DNA of 64,000 nucleotides from Trueperaceae bacterium (GTDB lineage: Bacteria > Deinococcota > Deinococci > Deinococcales > Trueperaceae). Below are positions 1-9,973 of the stretch, one piece after another (the stretch's first letter is position 1; every line of letters begins with the position of its first letter). A model generated the notes under the pieces. That model made no database searches. It was given only the letters and a program-made list of their open reading frames with translations, and was not told the origin of the DNA. The stretch is from the NCBI GenBank assembly GCA_965213925.1, contig OZ243927.1, forward strand, positions 224,001 through 288,000, given 5' to 3'. The translations under genes were made by a program, and so were the position numbers.

Positions 1-13
1 GGGCGCGAATGAC

Positions 14-316
14 ATGGTTGACGACTTCGACCGCTTCCGCTATCCACAGTGGTTTCGCGTGGTGACGGGCGCAGTTGAGGTGGGGGGTGCGCTCGGACTT
101 CTTCTGGGCTTTGCCCGTCCTGCGCTTACACCGCTTGCAGGTGCGCTGCTTGGCGCAACCATGATAGGTGCAGTGGCGACTCATGCGAGGGTCGAGGACC
201 CTGCTAGAGAGGTAGCGACGCCTGCGTTTTTACTCGGGCTCTTGGCGTTCGTTGGCATTATGCGCCAGCGCGAACTCGCGAACGGCTCAGAGCGAAAGCG
301 CGCGTCGCGGCCGTAA
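14..316 (+). CDS. DoxX-family membrane protein (possibly 5'-truncated by the window edge)
   Basis: F..FRYPQWFRVVTGAVEVGGALGLL and GAVATH motifs; hydrophobic. Confidence 0.75.
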   Translation: MVDDFDRFRYPQWFRVVTGAVEVGGALGLLLGFARPALTPLAGALLGATMIGAVATHARVEDPAREVATPAFLLGLLAFVGIMRQRELANGSERKRASRP

Positions 317-342
317 ACTCACTTTTGTTAGACTTGGATACG

Positions 343-963
343 ATGGCGATTGAAACCACGAGCTACGCAGCAAAAGCGCCCCAGGCCGATACCCCGCAGT
401 CCGACACCGCGCAGCGCATCTCAACATTGGCGCTGCGGCGCTTTCTCACCGAGGGCTATAGCAACGTCCCGGTGGACGCACTGAGCCGCGAGCTTCGCAT
501 CAGTAAAAAGACGCTCTACGAGCACTTCAGCAGTAAAGAGGCGCTTTTCCAATACGCGCTAGAGCAGTATCTGGAGAGCTTTCAGACGGACATCGAGCGG
601 ACTGTTCAGGGTGAGAGAGCATTTCACAGCAAGTTAGAGAGGTTCTTGCAAGATGTGCACGCGCGCTTGGGGTGGCTCGAGGCGTCGGCTTTAGAGGACG
701 TCAGCCGCAACGCGCCGCGGGTGTGGGACTACCTCGTGACGTTCCGGCGTGACACAGTGGGGCGTACGCTCGAAGTGCTTTTGGAGGAGGGCAAGCAGGA
801 AGGTGTGCTGCGCCCGGACTTAGCAGCACCTTTAACCGTTGAACTGTTACTCGCGTCGCTCGAGGCGCTCACACGCCCCGAGCTGCTCCAGGCTCATGCG
901 AAAAGCGCCCCGGAGATGGTGGCGTTCACAGTGCGTACGGTGATCGACGGCTGTACGAAGTGA
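343..963 (+). CDS. TetR/AcrR family transcriptional regulator
   Basis: N-terminal HTH 'F..EGYSNVPVDALSRELRISKKTLYEHFSSKEALF'; ATG at 343 chosen over TTG at 325. Confidence 0.85.
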   Translation: MAIETTSYAAKAPQADTPQSDTAQRISTLALRRFLTEGYSNVPVDALSRELRISKKTLYEHFSSKEALFQYALEQYLESFQTDIERTVQGERAFHSKLERFLQDVHARLGWLEASALEDVSRNAPRVWDYLVTFRRDTVGRTLEVLLEEGKQEGVLRPDLAAPLTVELLLASLEALTRPELLQAHAKSAPEMVAFTVRTVIDGCTK

Positions 964-1409
964 AGGCTGATAAGCCGCCGCACCTCCACGGCGGCGCTAC
1001 AATACGGCTTTGACACTCAAGTGGTTATTTTGTGTTGTGCGCCAGACACGCGCAACCGCCGCAGAAAATTTTCTGCGAGGTAGTCTTTAAGCAGAGCACG
1101 TTTGGGTAAGCGTAGAACACCTTTTCGGCTACTCAATTAGGGCGTACGTATGCACGCCAATTCTTTGGAAGAAGTCGCTGTGAACCTTTCGAAACGAAAA
1201 CAGAGTCCGCTCGAAGAGGGTATAAAGCCGAATTCTGTCCCTTGAAAAGCTGTATATCGAATGCGAATAGGACGTCACAAATCTACATGCGTAAGCCATC
1301 ACCTTGAAGGTGATGGACCAGCACCTGGTGCTTGTGGTAGCATAACAATAAGCATAGGTTATAACACAACTCTAAAAACAGCAGTTTGTTAAAATCAACT
1401 CTAAACACA

Positions 1410-2399
1410 ATGAACACGATCAGACAGAACATCCAGGGTCTCCACCACATCACCGTTATAGCGAGCGATCCGCAGCGTAACATCGACTTCTACGCGCGGG
1501 TGCTAGGACAACGCTTGGTCAAAACGACGGTGAATTTCGACGACCCCGGCACCTATCACCTCTACTACGGCGACGAGGTCGGCACGCCTGGCACGGTCAT
1601 GACCTTTTTCCCCTGGTTGCACGCCGTAAGGGGCGAGGTGGGCAACGGGGAGACGGCGGCGGTGGCTTACGGGGTTCCGGCGGGTTCGCTCGAGTACTGG
1701 CGAGGCAGACTCCGTGAGCACGAGATTGACTTCAGCAGGATCACGCGCTTCGGCCAGGACGGGCTCAGCTTTGACGACCCAGACGGGCTGAGGCTCGAGC
1801 TAGTCGCGCGCGAGGGCGCGGAGGTGCCGCAGTTTTGGTCGAACGGTCCTATTCCGAAAGAGCACGCCCTACGCGGCTTTCACAGCGTGACACTTTGGTT
1901 AGGGAAAAAAGACGCCACCGAAGACTTGCTCAATCAGCTCGGTTTTAGCAAGGTCGGTGAAGAGGCTGATGAGGAGGGAACGCGCACCCGTTACAAAGGT
2001 GGCGCAGACAGTGATTCAGGCGGCGTCGGGCTCTTCGTGGACATCGTGGAGCGTCCCGGTAAGTTTCCCGGACGCTCTGGCGCGGGCACGGTCCACCACA
2101 TCGCGCTTCGGACTAAAAACGATGCGGAGCAAAGAGCCTATTTGGATTATCTGCGCGAAAGAGGACAACGCGTGACGCCCGTGCAGGACAGGCAGTACTT
2201 CCGCTCCATCTACTTCCGCGAGCCGGGCGGCGTGCTGTTCGAAATCGCCACGGACGCGCCCGGCTTTCCTGACGATGAGCCGGTAGAACGGCTAGGTAGC
2301 CAGCTCAAACTACCGGCGGGGCTCGAGCCTCACCGCGCCCAGATCGAAGCCAAGCTGCCGGAGATTCGGAACCCCGAGTACGGCGAGGTGACGCCGTGA
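1410..2399 (+). CDS. Ring-cleaving dioxygenase, glyoxalase/VOC family (MhqO/MhqA-like)
   Basis: GLHHIT, KTTVNFDDPGTYHLYYGD, VHHIA and DRQYFRSIYFREPGGVLFEIATD motifs. Confidence 0.9.
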   Translation: MNTIRQNIQGLHHITVIASDPQRNIDFYARVLGQRLVKTTVNFDDPGTYHLYYGDEVGTPGTVMTFFPWLHAVRGEVGNGETAAVAYGVPAGSLEYWRGRLREHEIDFSRITRFGQDGLSFDDPDGLRLELVAREGAEVPQFWSNGPIPKEHALRGFHSVTLWLGKKDATEDLLNQLGFSKVGEEADEEGTRTRYKGGADSDSGGVGLFVDIVERPGKFPGRSGAGTVHHIALRTKNDAEQRAYLDYLRERGQRVTPVQDRQYFRSIYFREPGGVLFEIATDAPGFPDDEPVERLGSQLKLPAGLEPHRAQIEAKLPEIRNPEYGEVTP

Positions 2400-3040
2400 G
2401 TCAGATTCATGAAAACCAGGAGGTCGTGACGGCGGGCAAGTCTTTGGAAGACGCGGACGCCGCGCTCATCCTCATTCATGGACGCGGCGCAACTGCGCGG
2501 AGCATGATTCCGCTGGCGGGAGCCTTAAACGCCGAAACTTTAGCGATTCTCGCGCCGCAAGCGGCGAACTACGCGTGGTATCCGCAACGCTTTACCGCGC
2601 CCAAAGCGCAGAACGAACCTCACCTTAGTTCGGCGCTCATCATGCTCACGCAGCTCGTTCAAGAGGTCGAGGACGCAGGCATCTTAAAAGACCGCCTCAT
2701 CCTCTCCGGTTTTTCACAGGGCGCGTGTCTGACAAGCGAATTCGCGGCGCAAAACCCGGCACGGTACGGCGGGCTGCTCATCTTTAGCGGCGGGCTTATT
2801 GGCGGCGAGATGGAGGTGTCCACGGAGATGTATTCGCCCTCGCTAGAAAACACGCCCGTCTTCATCGGTTGCAGCGACCGCGACCCGCATATCCCGCTCT
2901 CGCGCGTGCAGGAGACGACGCAGATTCTGACCTCTTTGGGCGCAGAGGTGACAGAAAAAATCTATCCAAATATGGCGCATACGATCAACGAGGATGAGTT
3001 GGTGCAGGCTAGGGAAGTCGTCGAGCGGTTAGTGGTGTAG
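2396..3040 (+). CDS. Phospholipase/carboxylesterase (alpha/beta hydrolase)
   Basis: HGRGA, GFSQG nucleophile motif, D..IP and H triad; 4-bp overlap with the dioxygenase, a common pairing. Confidence 0.88.
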   Translation: MSQIHENQEVVTAGKSLEDADAALILIHGRGATARSMIPLAGALNAETLAILAPQAANYAWYPQRFTAPKAQNEPHLSSALIMLTQLVQEVEDAGILKDRLILSGFSQGACLTSEFAAQNPARYGGLLIFSGGLIGGEMEVSTEMYSPSLENTPVFIGCSDRDPHIPLSRVQETTQILTSLGAEVTEKIYPNMAHTINEDELVQAREVVERLVV

Positions 3041-3065
3041 AGAGATTTTTAATATGGTTTTCGGG

Positions 3066-3107
3066 TAATACGGTTTCCGGGTAGTTCCTACGGGAATGAC
3101 CCCGAAC
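3066..3107. repeat. Short copy of ATACGG(A/T)TTCCG-type intergenic repeat
   Basis: taatacggtttccgggtagttcctacgggaatgaccccga is similar to the ends of the 36781-36908 and 58270-58600 elements. Confidence 0.65.
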
Positions 3108-3136
3108 AAGGAGCCCTCAGCGAAAGGTGCTACCTT

Positions 3137-3820
3137 TCAATACTGAATTTTTCGCAGCGGTAGGCGCTCGCCTTGCGCTATCTCAGCCGTCATTGCTAGG
3201 AAAAGTTCAGCCGTAGCGAGCGCGTCAGCGAGCGCGTCGTGGCTTCTATAACGAGGTAGTTGGTGCTGCTCTCTAAGCGTGTAGAGCCGCAACGCCTCAG
3301 GGGTGAAAGGTTGAGCGCGCTGCTCTAAGCGGCGGCGCGCCAGCGCCAGGGTGTCGACCGCGTGGGCGAGGAAGGGCAGCCCGTAAAGGTGGCGGCACGC
3401 CGCGTTCAAAAAGCCCAGCTCGATGGGGGCGTGGTGCACGAGCAGCACTCGCCCGGTGAGCGCGTCGAGAACGGCGTCCAGGGCGGCTTTAGGCTCGAGC
3501 CCCTCGGCGAGCACGTCGTCAAAGAGCCCGTGAATCGTCGCGCTCTTTTCAACCGCTCGGGGCGTTTTGACGAGACCGTAGTTCGCCTCGCTGAGCCGAA
3601 TACGCGCGCCCTCCACGGGCAGATAGCCGAACGATAAAATCGCGTCGCGCTTAGGGCTGAGCCCTGTCGTCTCGAAGTCGAGCGCCAAGAAGCGCGCCTC
3701 GCGGTAGTCGAGGCGGGGCGAGGGGAAAGGTGTTTCTAGGTAGCGTTTCAGCGCACCCTCGGGCGCTTTGGCTAACAAGGTGCGGCGGCGCAGGTCGGTC
3801 CACCACGCTGTCATTCCCAC
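3137..3820 (-). CDS. DEDDh 3'-5' exonuclease (DNA polymerase III epsilon-like)
   Basis: ALDFETTG, HHAPIE, DTL and HDALADALATAEL motifs. Confidence 0.88.
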   Translation of the reverse strand: MGMTAWWTDLRRRTLLAKAPEGALKRYLETPFPSPRLDYREARFLALDFETTGLSPKRDAILSFGYLPVEGARIRLSEANYGLVKTPRAVEKSATIHGLFDDVLAEGLEPKAALDAVLDALTGRVLLVHHAPIELGFLNAACRHLYGLPFLAHAVDTLALARRRLEQRAQPFTPEALRLYTLREQHQLPRYRSHDALADALATAELFLAMTAEIAQGERLPLRKIQY

Positions 3821-3843
3821 GCAGACCGCCGCGGAGCGAGCAT

Positions 3844-5655
3844 CTAAGCGAGTCGTCCCGCGCCGTAGCGCTCCGAAAGTGCCGCTTGCATCGTGCTTAC
3901 GATGTGAAAAGCGTCTTTGAGGTGACGGCGTTCGAAAGGGGAGAGGGTGTCGGGCGAGACGGCGTTGTCGGGTGCAGCGCCTGAACGTACCTGCTTAGCC
4001 TGGTGACGCAGCCGCACGTGACTGATGAACTCGAGCGCGCCCTTGAGATTCGAGGCACCTTCGCGGCTCAACGCTCCGTATTCAGCTGCGAGCGCTAAAC
4101 GCGCTTGCGTGTTCGCCTCCGCCACACCCGCCCCGAGCGCGTAAACCCGCGCTAGGTCGGTCACGGGCACGACGCCCCTGAATTTGAGGTTAAAGGTGCG
4201 CGTATGCTCACCGCTCGTCTCTAAGACGAACTGGCGAAAGAAGCCGAGCGGGGGCGCGTGCTCGAGTGCGTTTTTCGCCATATAGGCGAGAAATAAACTG
4301 TTCCTCTGGGTTTGCTCTAGCACCCCTCGCTGCAACGTCTCGGCGAGCACACCGTCGCCGCAAACGTGGCGCATGTCAAAGAAGATGCTGGCGTTTAAGA
4401 GCGCCTCGGGTTCCGGGTGGTCTAGCCACCTGCCGAAGTGTCGCTGCCAGGTGCTGAGCGGCGCGCGCCAGCGCGGGTTGGTCGCCATCACGTCACCGGG
4501 GCAGTAGGGGTAGCCGCAACGCGCCAAACCGTCCGACACGAAGCGGGCGAGCGCACCGAAGTAAGCCTCGTGTTCTTCCTCAACCTCATCGGAGAGGACG
4601 AGCGCGTGGTCCTGGTCGGAGTGGGCGCTCGCCTCCTGCCGCGCTTGTGAGCCTAAAACGAGCCAACTGTAAGGAACGGGCGGCGGACCCAACTCGCGCT
4701 CGGCGAGGTCTAAAAGTCTTACCGTAACGGCGTCTTTAACGCTCGAGAGCATCTTCATCACGTCTTCGGCGGCGACGCCCGCGCCCTCCAGCGTGACGAG
4801 AAGCTGCGGCGTGCGCCCGCTTATTCGTCCCAGCCCCGCCACATCCTCCTGCTTAAAAACGTCGCCGACGAGATAGACGGGGCTCGAGGCTTGCAGCCGC
4901 AGTAGGTCGGTCGAGGTGACCATGCCGATGAGCTTGCCCTTTTCGGTCACGGGTAGGTGGTGGATATTGCGCCGCGTCATAGTGAGGAGCGCGTCTAAAG
5001 CGTGCGCCTCGCCGGGGAGGGTGGCGGGACCTGGCGTCATTACCTCCCCTACGGGCGTACCGAAAGAGAGGCCTTGCGCTACGACCCGGCTCCGCAAATC
5101 GCGGTCGGTCAAGATGCCCACCAAACGCTCGCCTTCGGTAATAAGCAGCGATGAGACCCTTACCTGATTCATCTGCGCGGCAGCTTCGCGCAGCGTCATC
5201 GTCCGCGTGCCCGTGATGGGCGCTCGAGCCGTGAGGTCTTTTAAGCGCGTCGTTAAGACGGCGTCACTTTGGATATTACCGAGCGCGAGTTGAACCCGTT
5301 CGTCTGGCGCACCGAAAAAGTGCTCGAAGCCAGGTTCGCTGCTAATTTTTTGAAAGAGAGGTTCGGGAACGAGGTAGAGCAGCGTGTCTTCGGCGGCGAG
5401 CGCACGCCGCGAGGTCGCGCCGACGAAGCTCTCTCCCTCACCGTAACGCTCTAAAAATGCGCCTCGCTCGTCCCTCACTTCGACTGCGCCTGAACGCACG
5501 ACGAAGAGGGGAACGTCCTCCTCTAAAACCGTACCCCGCCGCGCGTAGGTGATTTCTAATCCCCTTACGACCTCCTTGAGAAGAGGGGCGGGCAGAGCGT
5601 CAAAAGGTGCGTGTGCGGTGAGAAAGTCGCGCACTTCGGTAAGTTCAACACTCAT
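3844..5655 (-). CDS. cNMP-binding/CBS/DUF294 putative nucleotidyltransferase
   Basis: CBS pair (GILTDRDLR, IHHLPV), LGSQARQE..SDQD, CPGDVMATNPRW and IFFDMR. Confidence 0.88.
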   Translation of the reverse strand: MSVELTEVRDFLTAHAPFDALPAPLLKEVVRGLEITYARRGTVLEEDVPLFVVRSGAVEVRDERGAFLERYGEGESFVGATSRRALAAEDTLLYLVPEPLFQKISSEPGFEHFFGAPDERVQLALGNIQSDAVLTTRLKDLTARAPITGTRTMTLREAAAQMNQVRVSSLLITEGERLVGILTDRDLRSRVVAQGLSFGTPVGEVMTPGPATLPGEAHALDALLTMTRRNIHHLPVTEKGKLIGMVTSTDLLRLQASSPVYLVGDVFKQEDVAGLGRISGRTPQLLVTLEGAGVAAEDVMKMLSSVKDAVTVRLLDLAERELGPPPVPYSWLVLGSQARQEASAHSDQDHALVLSDEVEEEHEAYFGALARFVSDGLARCGYPYCPGDVMATNPRWRAPLSTWQRHFGRWLDHPEPEALLNASIFFDMRHVCGDGVLAETLQRGVLEQTQRNSLFLAYMAKNALEHAPPLGFFRQFVLETSGEHTRTFNLKFRGVVPVTDLARVYALGAGVAEANTQARLALAAEYGALSREGASNLKGALEFISHVRLRHQAKQVRSGAAPDNAVSPDTLSPFERRHLKDAFHIVSTMQAALSERYGAGRLA

Positions 5656-5688
5656 GATGCTTCTATCATGCCATAGAGGGAAAACTCG

Positions 5689-6189
5689 TCACCCTGACAA
5701 GAGCTGCAAAAACTGCGCCTGAAAGAACATGACCGTGATTCCGTAGACGGTGTGCCCGATGACGAACGACAAGACGAGCGTAAAGGCGTCGCGGTATTCG
5801 GGTACGGGGTGAAAGTCGGTGACGATAAAGCTGGTTATGAGCGAGACGAAGATGCCGTGCCCCATGCCGCCCACTAAGCCTGCCAACGGAAAGAAGAGGT
5901 TGATGGGCACAGCCGAGCGCCGAAAGATAGTGTAGTCCGGTGCGCTAAACGCGCCCTCGGTCAGCATGAGGACGAAAAACCCGTAGAAGAAGGCGAAGAG
6001 AATCCCGCCCGTGAAGAGCAAAATCGCCCCGATGAGCTGCGCGCGCCGGTCTATACGCTGAGTAAAGATGCCGCCCAAGCCGCCTAACGTGTCGTAGTAG
6101 AGCCCGTTCCATAAAGTCGGCAAGTAGAGAAACATGATCATGACCGTGGTGCCGATAAGCCCCGAAGCGACGCTGGATAAAAAAAGCAT
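5689..6189 (-). CDS. Four-helix membrane protein following cbaA (possible CbaX-like oxidase accessory factor)
   Basis: Hydrophobic with two His in TM segments (GMGHG, GHTVYG); 9 bp downstream of subunit I; function inferred from position only. Confidence 0.5.
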   Translation of the reverse strand: MLFLSSVASGLIGTTVMIMFLYLPTLWNGLYYDTLGGLGGIFTQRIDRRAQLIGAILLFTGGILFAFFYGFFVLMLTEGAFSAPDYTIFRRSAVPINLFFPLAGLVGGMGHGIFVSLITSFIVTDFHPVPEYRDAFTLVLSFVIGHTVYGITVMFFQAQFLQLLSG

Positions 6190-6198
6190 ACGCCCTCC

Positions 6199-7878
6199 TC
6201 ACCAAACCCTTGCGCCGGGGATAGGTACGTTGTCTATCATCATGTCCACAAGCGTCGGCCCGTAGGCGATAAGCACCAAAAGCACCGCCACCAAAAACCA
6301 CGCCCAGAGCGTGTCCAAAAGCCGCAGCATCCCCTGCGAGCGGAGTTCGACGGCTTCGACGAAGGGGATCGGTGGCACGTCACGCTCGGCGAGTGTCTTG
6401 CGGCGGAAGATCGTCACGAACAGCACCGTAAAGTAGAGGATCACCGCGACGAGCAAGATCACACCGCTGATGCCCGTGATGAGGCGCGGGACTGCGGCGC
6501 TGCTATATACACCCTCCAAGTTCGGTAAGAGGTTCGAGACCTGTGCCCGCCTCGGTACACCTAGGAGCCCTTGCCAGTGCATCCCCAGCGCGAAGACCAT
6601 CATGCCCACAAACCAGGTCCAACTCGCCCAGAGCGCCAGCCGGTTCGAGAATAAGGGCTTTTTGACGAGGTGCGGGACGAGCCAGAAGGTGATGCCGAAG
6701 AAGGTCAGCGTGGTGGCTGTCCCGACTGTGATGTGAAAGTGCCCCGGCACCCAGGTTGTGTTATGGATGAGCGCGTTCATGTTGAAGCTCGCATTGACGA
6801 TGCCGCCCGCGCCGCCGAAGATAAAAGAGATCATGGCTAAGACCTGCGCGGTAAACGCCGCTTTGCCCCAGGGCAGCTTTTTGATCCAGCCGAGTGCCCC
6901 TGTACCCCCGTTCGCTCGCGCCCCCATCTCCATCGAGGCGGCAACCGTAAAGGCGGTGAGCATACTCGGGATGCCCACGAACATCGTCAAGAGCGAGTGC
7001 ACCATCTTCCAGGCCGCCGGGATGCCAGGGTCGGTGAACTGGTGGTGGAAGCCGACGGGCGTCGAAAAGAGCAAAAAGAGCAAGAAGGCGAGCCGCGCCA
7101 ACGAGTCCGACAGGAGCTTGCCGCCCGCCTGTTTGGGGATGAGCGCGTACCAGGAGATGTAGGCAGGTAAGAGCCAGAAGTAGACAATCGGATGTCCGGT
7201 GTACCAGAAGAGCGTGCGGGCTAAAAGGGGGTCCACCCCTTCGCGGAGCCCGAGCGACCAGGGGATGAGGAGCACGACGACTTCGACCACGATACCCACC
7301 GAAGCGAGCAGCCACATGCTCCAGGTGATGACGCTCATGTAGGTGACTAAGGGCGTGACCTCGCCCGGGTTCTCGCGCTTCCAACGCTGCCGCAAGCGGA
7401 TGACCTCGCTGCCGATCATGAGGCTACCTACCACCACGAGCGCCAAACCGGTATAGAAGCCCCAGTGCCCTTGAAGGGGTGGGTAAAACGTGTACAAAAC
7501 GGACGAAGTGTTCGCGATGATCGCCGCGCCCGCCATAACGAGCCCGACCATCATGATCCCGTACGCACCCCAGACCCAGGTCATGTTGGGGCGCAGGTCG
7601 AGTTCTCTCGCGGGCAGGTAGAGGAGCAAGCCACAGTTGAAAAAGGTCGTGAAGACGAGCGCGTTCAAGACGCCGTGCAGCGTCAGCCCTTGGTAGTACG
7701 AGGCGAGAAAGGGCAGGCGGTCGTAAAGGTTGATGCCGGCGTAGTTAAGGGCTTGCAGCGGTCCGATGAGCGCCCCAACTAAAAGCGCGATGAGACCCGT
7801 TAAAAGAAAGGCGAAGGTGACGCGCTTCAAGGGGTCAGCGAGCGCGACTCGAGCAATCGGTGAGGTAGCAACAGCCAT
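6199..7878 (-). CDS. cbaA: ba3-type (family B) cytochrome c oxidase subunit I
   Basis: YYQGLTLHGVLNA, LFWYTGHPIVYFWLLPAY, GFHHQF and PGHFH motifs as in Thermus ba3. Confidence 0.93.
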   Translation of the reverse strand: MAVATSPIARVALADPLKRVTFAFLLTGLIALLVGALIGPLQALNYAGINLYDRLPFLASYYQGLTLHGVLNALVFTTFFNCGLLLYLPARELDLRPNMTWVWGAYGIMMVGLVMAGAAIIANTSSVLYTFYPPLQGHWGFYTGLALVVVGSLMIGSEVIRLRQRWKRENPGEVTPLVTYMSVITWSMWLLASVGIVVEVVVLLIPWSLGLREGVDPLLARTLFWYTGHPIVYFWLLPAYISWYALIPKQAGGKLLSDSLARLAFLLFLLFSTPVGFHHQFTDPGIPAAWKMVHSLLTMFVGIPSMLTAFTVAASMEMGARANGGTGALGWIKKLPWGKAAFTAQVLAMISFIFGGAGGIVNASFNMNALIHNTTWVPGHFHITVGTATTLTFFGITFWLVPHLVKKPLFSNRLALWASWTWFVGMMVFALGMHWQGLLGVPRRAQVSNLLPNLEGVYSSAAVPRLITGISGVILLVAVILYFTVLFVTIFRRKTLAERDVPPIPFVEAVELRSQGMLRLLDTLWAWFLVAVLLVLIAYGPTLVDMMIDNVPIPGARVW

Positions 7879-7917
7879 ACAGTGTAGTCTCCAGTCTCTA
7901 GCGATGTTTACTGGTAT

Positions 7918-8916
7918 TTATTGAGGAAGCTCGAGCCCCTGACGCAGTTCGTACATTTCATCCGGTGCGAGCCCTTGGTCGCGCAGCGGGGCGACATCCT
8001 CTTCGGTGTAGGGGGTAAAGTCTTCTAACAGCGCTTCGTTGTCCCACGCGGTTACGATGTAATTCAAAACTTCGGCGATCTCGTCGTTGCCGAGCTGCCT
8101 CCAGGCGGGCATCTGGCCGTTGTAGGACTCGCCTAAGGCGTCAATCTGTCCTTGCAAGCCGTAGAGCAAGAGGTTCGGTAAATAGTCCCTATCCGCGTTG
8201 TAGAGCCTTGCGGCGTGCTCGACCATCGGTGGCCAGACGCCCGCCATGCCCGAGCCGTCAGGTTGATGGCACGAGGCGCAGTTCACGCTGTAGACCCCTT
8301 CGCCGCTGCTGGTCGTGTCCATGCCGACTTCTACACCACCGCCCTGATTCGCGAGCGCCTCGCTCGTCGCGGCGGCGTACGCAGGTGGCTGTAATACCCG
8401 TACGGTCGCCATCATGTTCTGGTGCCCGACGCCGCAATACTGGTTGCACAAAAACCTGTACTCGCCCGGCTCCTCAAAGGTGTAAGAGAAGCTCGAGACT
8501 TCGCCCGGCACCACCTCGACGTTGATGTTGGTATCCAAGACCTGAAAGCCGTGGATGACGTCGCGGCTCGTCAGAAAGAAGTCCACGTCTGCGCCGACCG
8601 GCAAGATGATCTCTGAGGGCTGAAAGCTGTAGGTGTAAGCGATTACCGACACCTGATACTTGCCGAGCGCCAGCGCGCGCACGCCGGGCTGTTCGAAAAG
8701 CGGACTGCTGGTAATCACCTCGGGTTGCGCGCGGGAACTGCGCTGGGCAATATGTGTGCCCTCCACCCAAAGCGAATAGGCGATGAGCATCACAAACATC
8801 AGGGACAAAAACCCTGAAACGGCCAGCCAGCGGCGCTCCCAACGTTCGACGCGCGCGTGCACGGCGTGCTCATCTAGGGGGGATTGTTCGGTAGGCGTAG
8901 GGTCCGCCACGCTCAA
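7918..8916 (-). CDS. cbaB: ba3 oxidase subunit II (CuA) with C-terminal cytochrome c552-like domain
   Basis: DVIHGF and CNQYCGVGHQNM CuA ligands, then CASCH heme c motif and LLYGLQGQI...MPAW. Confidence 0.88.
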   Translation of the reverse strand: MSVADPTPTEQSPLDEHAVHARVERWERRWLAVSGFLSLMFVMLIAYSLWVEGTHIAQRSSRAQPEVITSSPLFEQPGVRALALGKYQVSVIAYTYSFQPSEIILPVGADVDFFLTSRDVIHGFQVLDTNINVEVVPGEVSSFSYTFEEPGEYRFLCNQYCGVGHQNMMATVRVLQPPAYAAATSEALANQGGGVEVGMDTTSSGEGVYSVNCASCHQPDGSGMAGVWPPMVEHAARLYNADRDYLPNLLLYGLQGQIDALGESYNGQMPAWRQLGNDEIAEVLNYIVTAWDNEALLEDFTPYTEEDVAPLRDQGLAPDEMYELRQGLELPQ

Positions 8917-9065
8917 CCCCGCGCGAAGTTCAAGAAGTACATCCCGAACCAGGTCACTAAGATCACCGCCGCGAGAAAGGTGGTTACCAAGATAGCCCCG
9001 ACGGGGCGCGGCGCGCGCTCCTCTCGACGTTCTTTTGGCTTAGTTTCGGCTTGCTCGTCGTTCAT
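8913..9065 (-). CDS. cbaD: ba3 oxidase subunit IIa (50 aa, not in the ORF track)
   Basis: Translated by hand: MNDEQAETKPKERREERAPRPVGAILVTTFLAAVILVTWFGMYFLNFARG; P.GA...W.G.Y..F.ARG resembles Thermus CbaD; AAGGAG RBS; stop overlaps the cbaB start. Confidence 0.85.
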   Translation of the reverse strand: MNDEQAETKPKERREERAPRPVGAILVTTFLAAVILVTWFGMYFLNFARG

Positions 9066-9340
9066 ATTCTTCTCCTTTACGCTCATTCAGTAGAGTGTCG
9101 CCATGCGGCGGAAGGGGACCTACCACTGCGGCTCACTTTCTGAACTCAAGCTGCCGCCCAGCATATGAGGTTTCGCGTCCAGGACGTGTCCGAACTGCTC
9201 TGACACGGTGTGGGAAAAAGTCCTACAAACTGGGATTGGGATTATGTCAGCGGGTAGAGTCCTAGGGCAAAAAGAACGAGGTGCGTAGGAGACCCCCGCA
9301 CCTCTTTTTCTACATTGAGCCATCATCTCATAGACGGCAC

Positions 9341-9973
9341 TTAACTCAACATGTTCTGCTCCAGCGCCCACCTGACTAGCTCCGCCCGCGTCTTGAGCCC
9401 GAGCTTCTCCGCCGCCCGCTCGCGGTAGGTCGCCACCGTCTTCTCGCTGATGCCGATAACGTGGGCGATCTCCTTATAGGTGCGCCCGTGCGCGATATGC
9501 TCGACGACTTCTAGCTCTCTATGGGTGAGCTTCACGTTGCGGTAGGGGTCGGGTTCCGCCATCTCTTTAGCGAGTTCAGACAGGAGTTTAGCAGGTGCAT
9601 AGTATTCACCCCGCGATACGGCGGCAATCGCGTCTAAAAGCTGCGTCTCGACCGCGCTTTTAGGCACGTAGCCTGACCCGCCCGCTTCTAAAAAGCCCTG
9701 GACGTACTCGGGCTCTTCGTGCATGGAAAGCGCGATAAAGCGCGTTGCGGGAACCTGTGGGCGCAGGGCTCGAGTCGTCTCGATACCGGAAAGCCCCGGC
9801 AAGGTCAAGTCACACACGACGATATCGGGTGCGATCTGTGGCACCTTCTCCAACGCTTCCTCGCCGCTCTCCGCCTCACCGACGACCTCGATATTCTTGG
9901 ACTCCAAGAGCATCCGAATGCCGGAGCGCACCACAGCGTGATCGTCGATTAAGAAGACTTTTAAGTGTTGCAT
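9341..9973 (-). CDS. NarL/LuxR family response regulator (no adjacent kinase)
   Basis: DDHAVVRSG receiver, DLTLPG, LTHRELEV...ISEKTVATYR LuxR HTH. Confidence 0.9.
   Translation of the reverse strand: MQHLKVFLIDDHAVVRSGIRMLLESKNIEVVGEAESGEEALEKVPQIAPDIVVCDLTLPGLSGIETTRALRPQVPATRFIALSMHEEPEYVQGFLEAGGSGYVPKSAVETQLLDAIAAVSRGEYYAPAKLLSELAKEMAEPDPYRNVKLTHRELEVVEHIAHGRTYKEIAHVIGISEKTVATYRERAAEKLGLKTRAELVRWALEQNMLS

Noticed and set aside
1296..1317. Palindrome ccatcacctt-g-aaggtgatgg upstream of the dioxygenase
   Set aside because: Could be an operator, but a single copy with no assignable regulator is too little evidence
9205..9270. aaaaagtcctacaaact as the Tn7 left end
   Set aside because: No terminal TGT with the ACAGC duplication, and it would place pgi and tRNA-Leu inside the element; more likely promoter motifs
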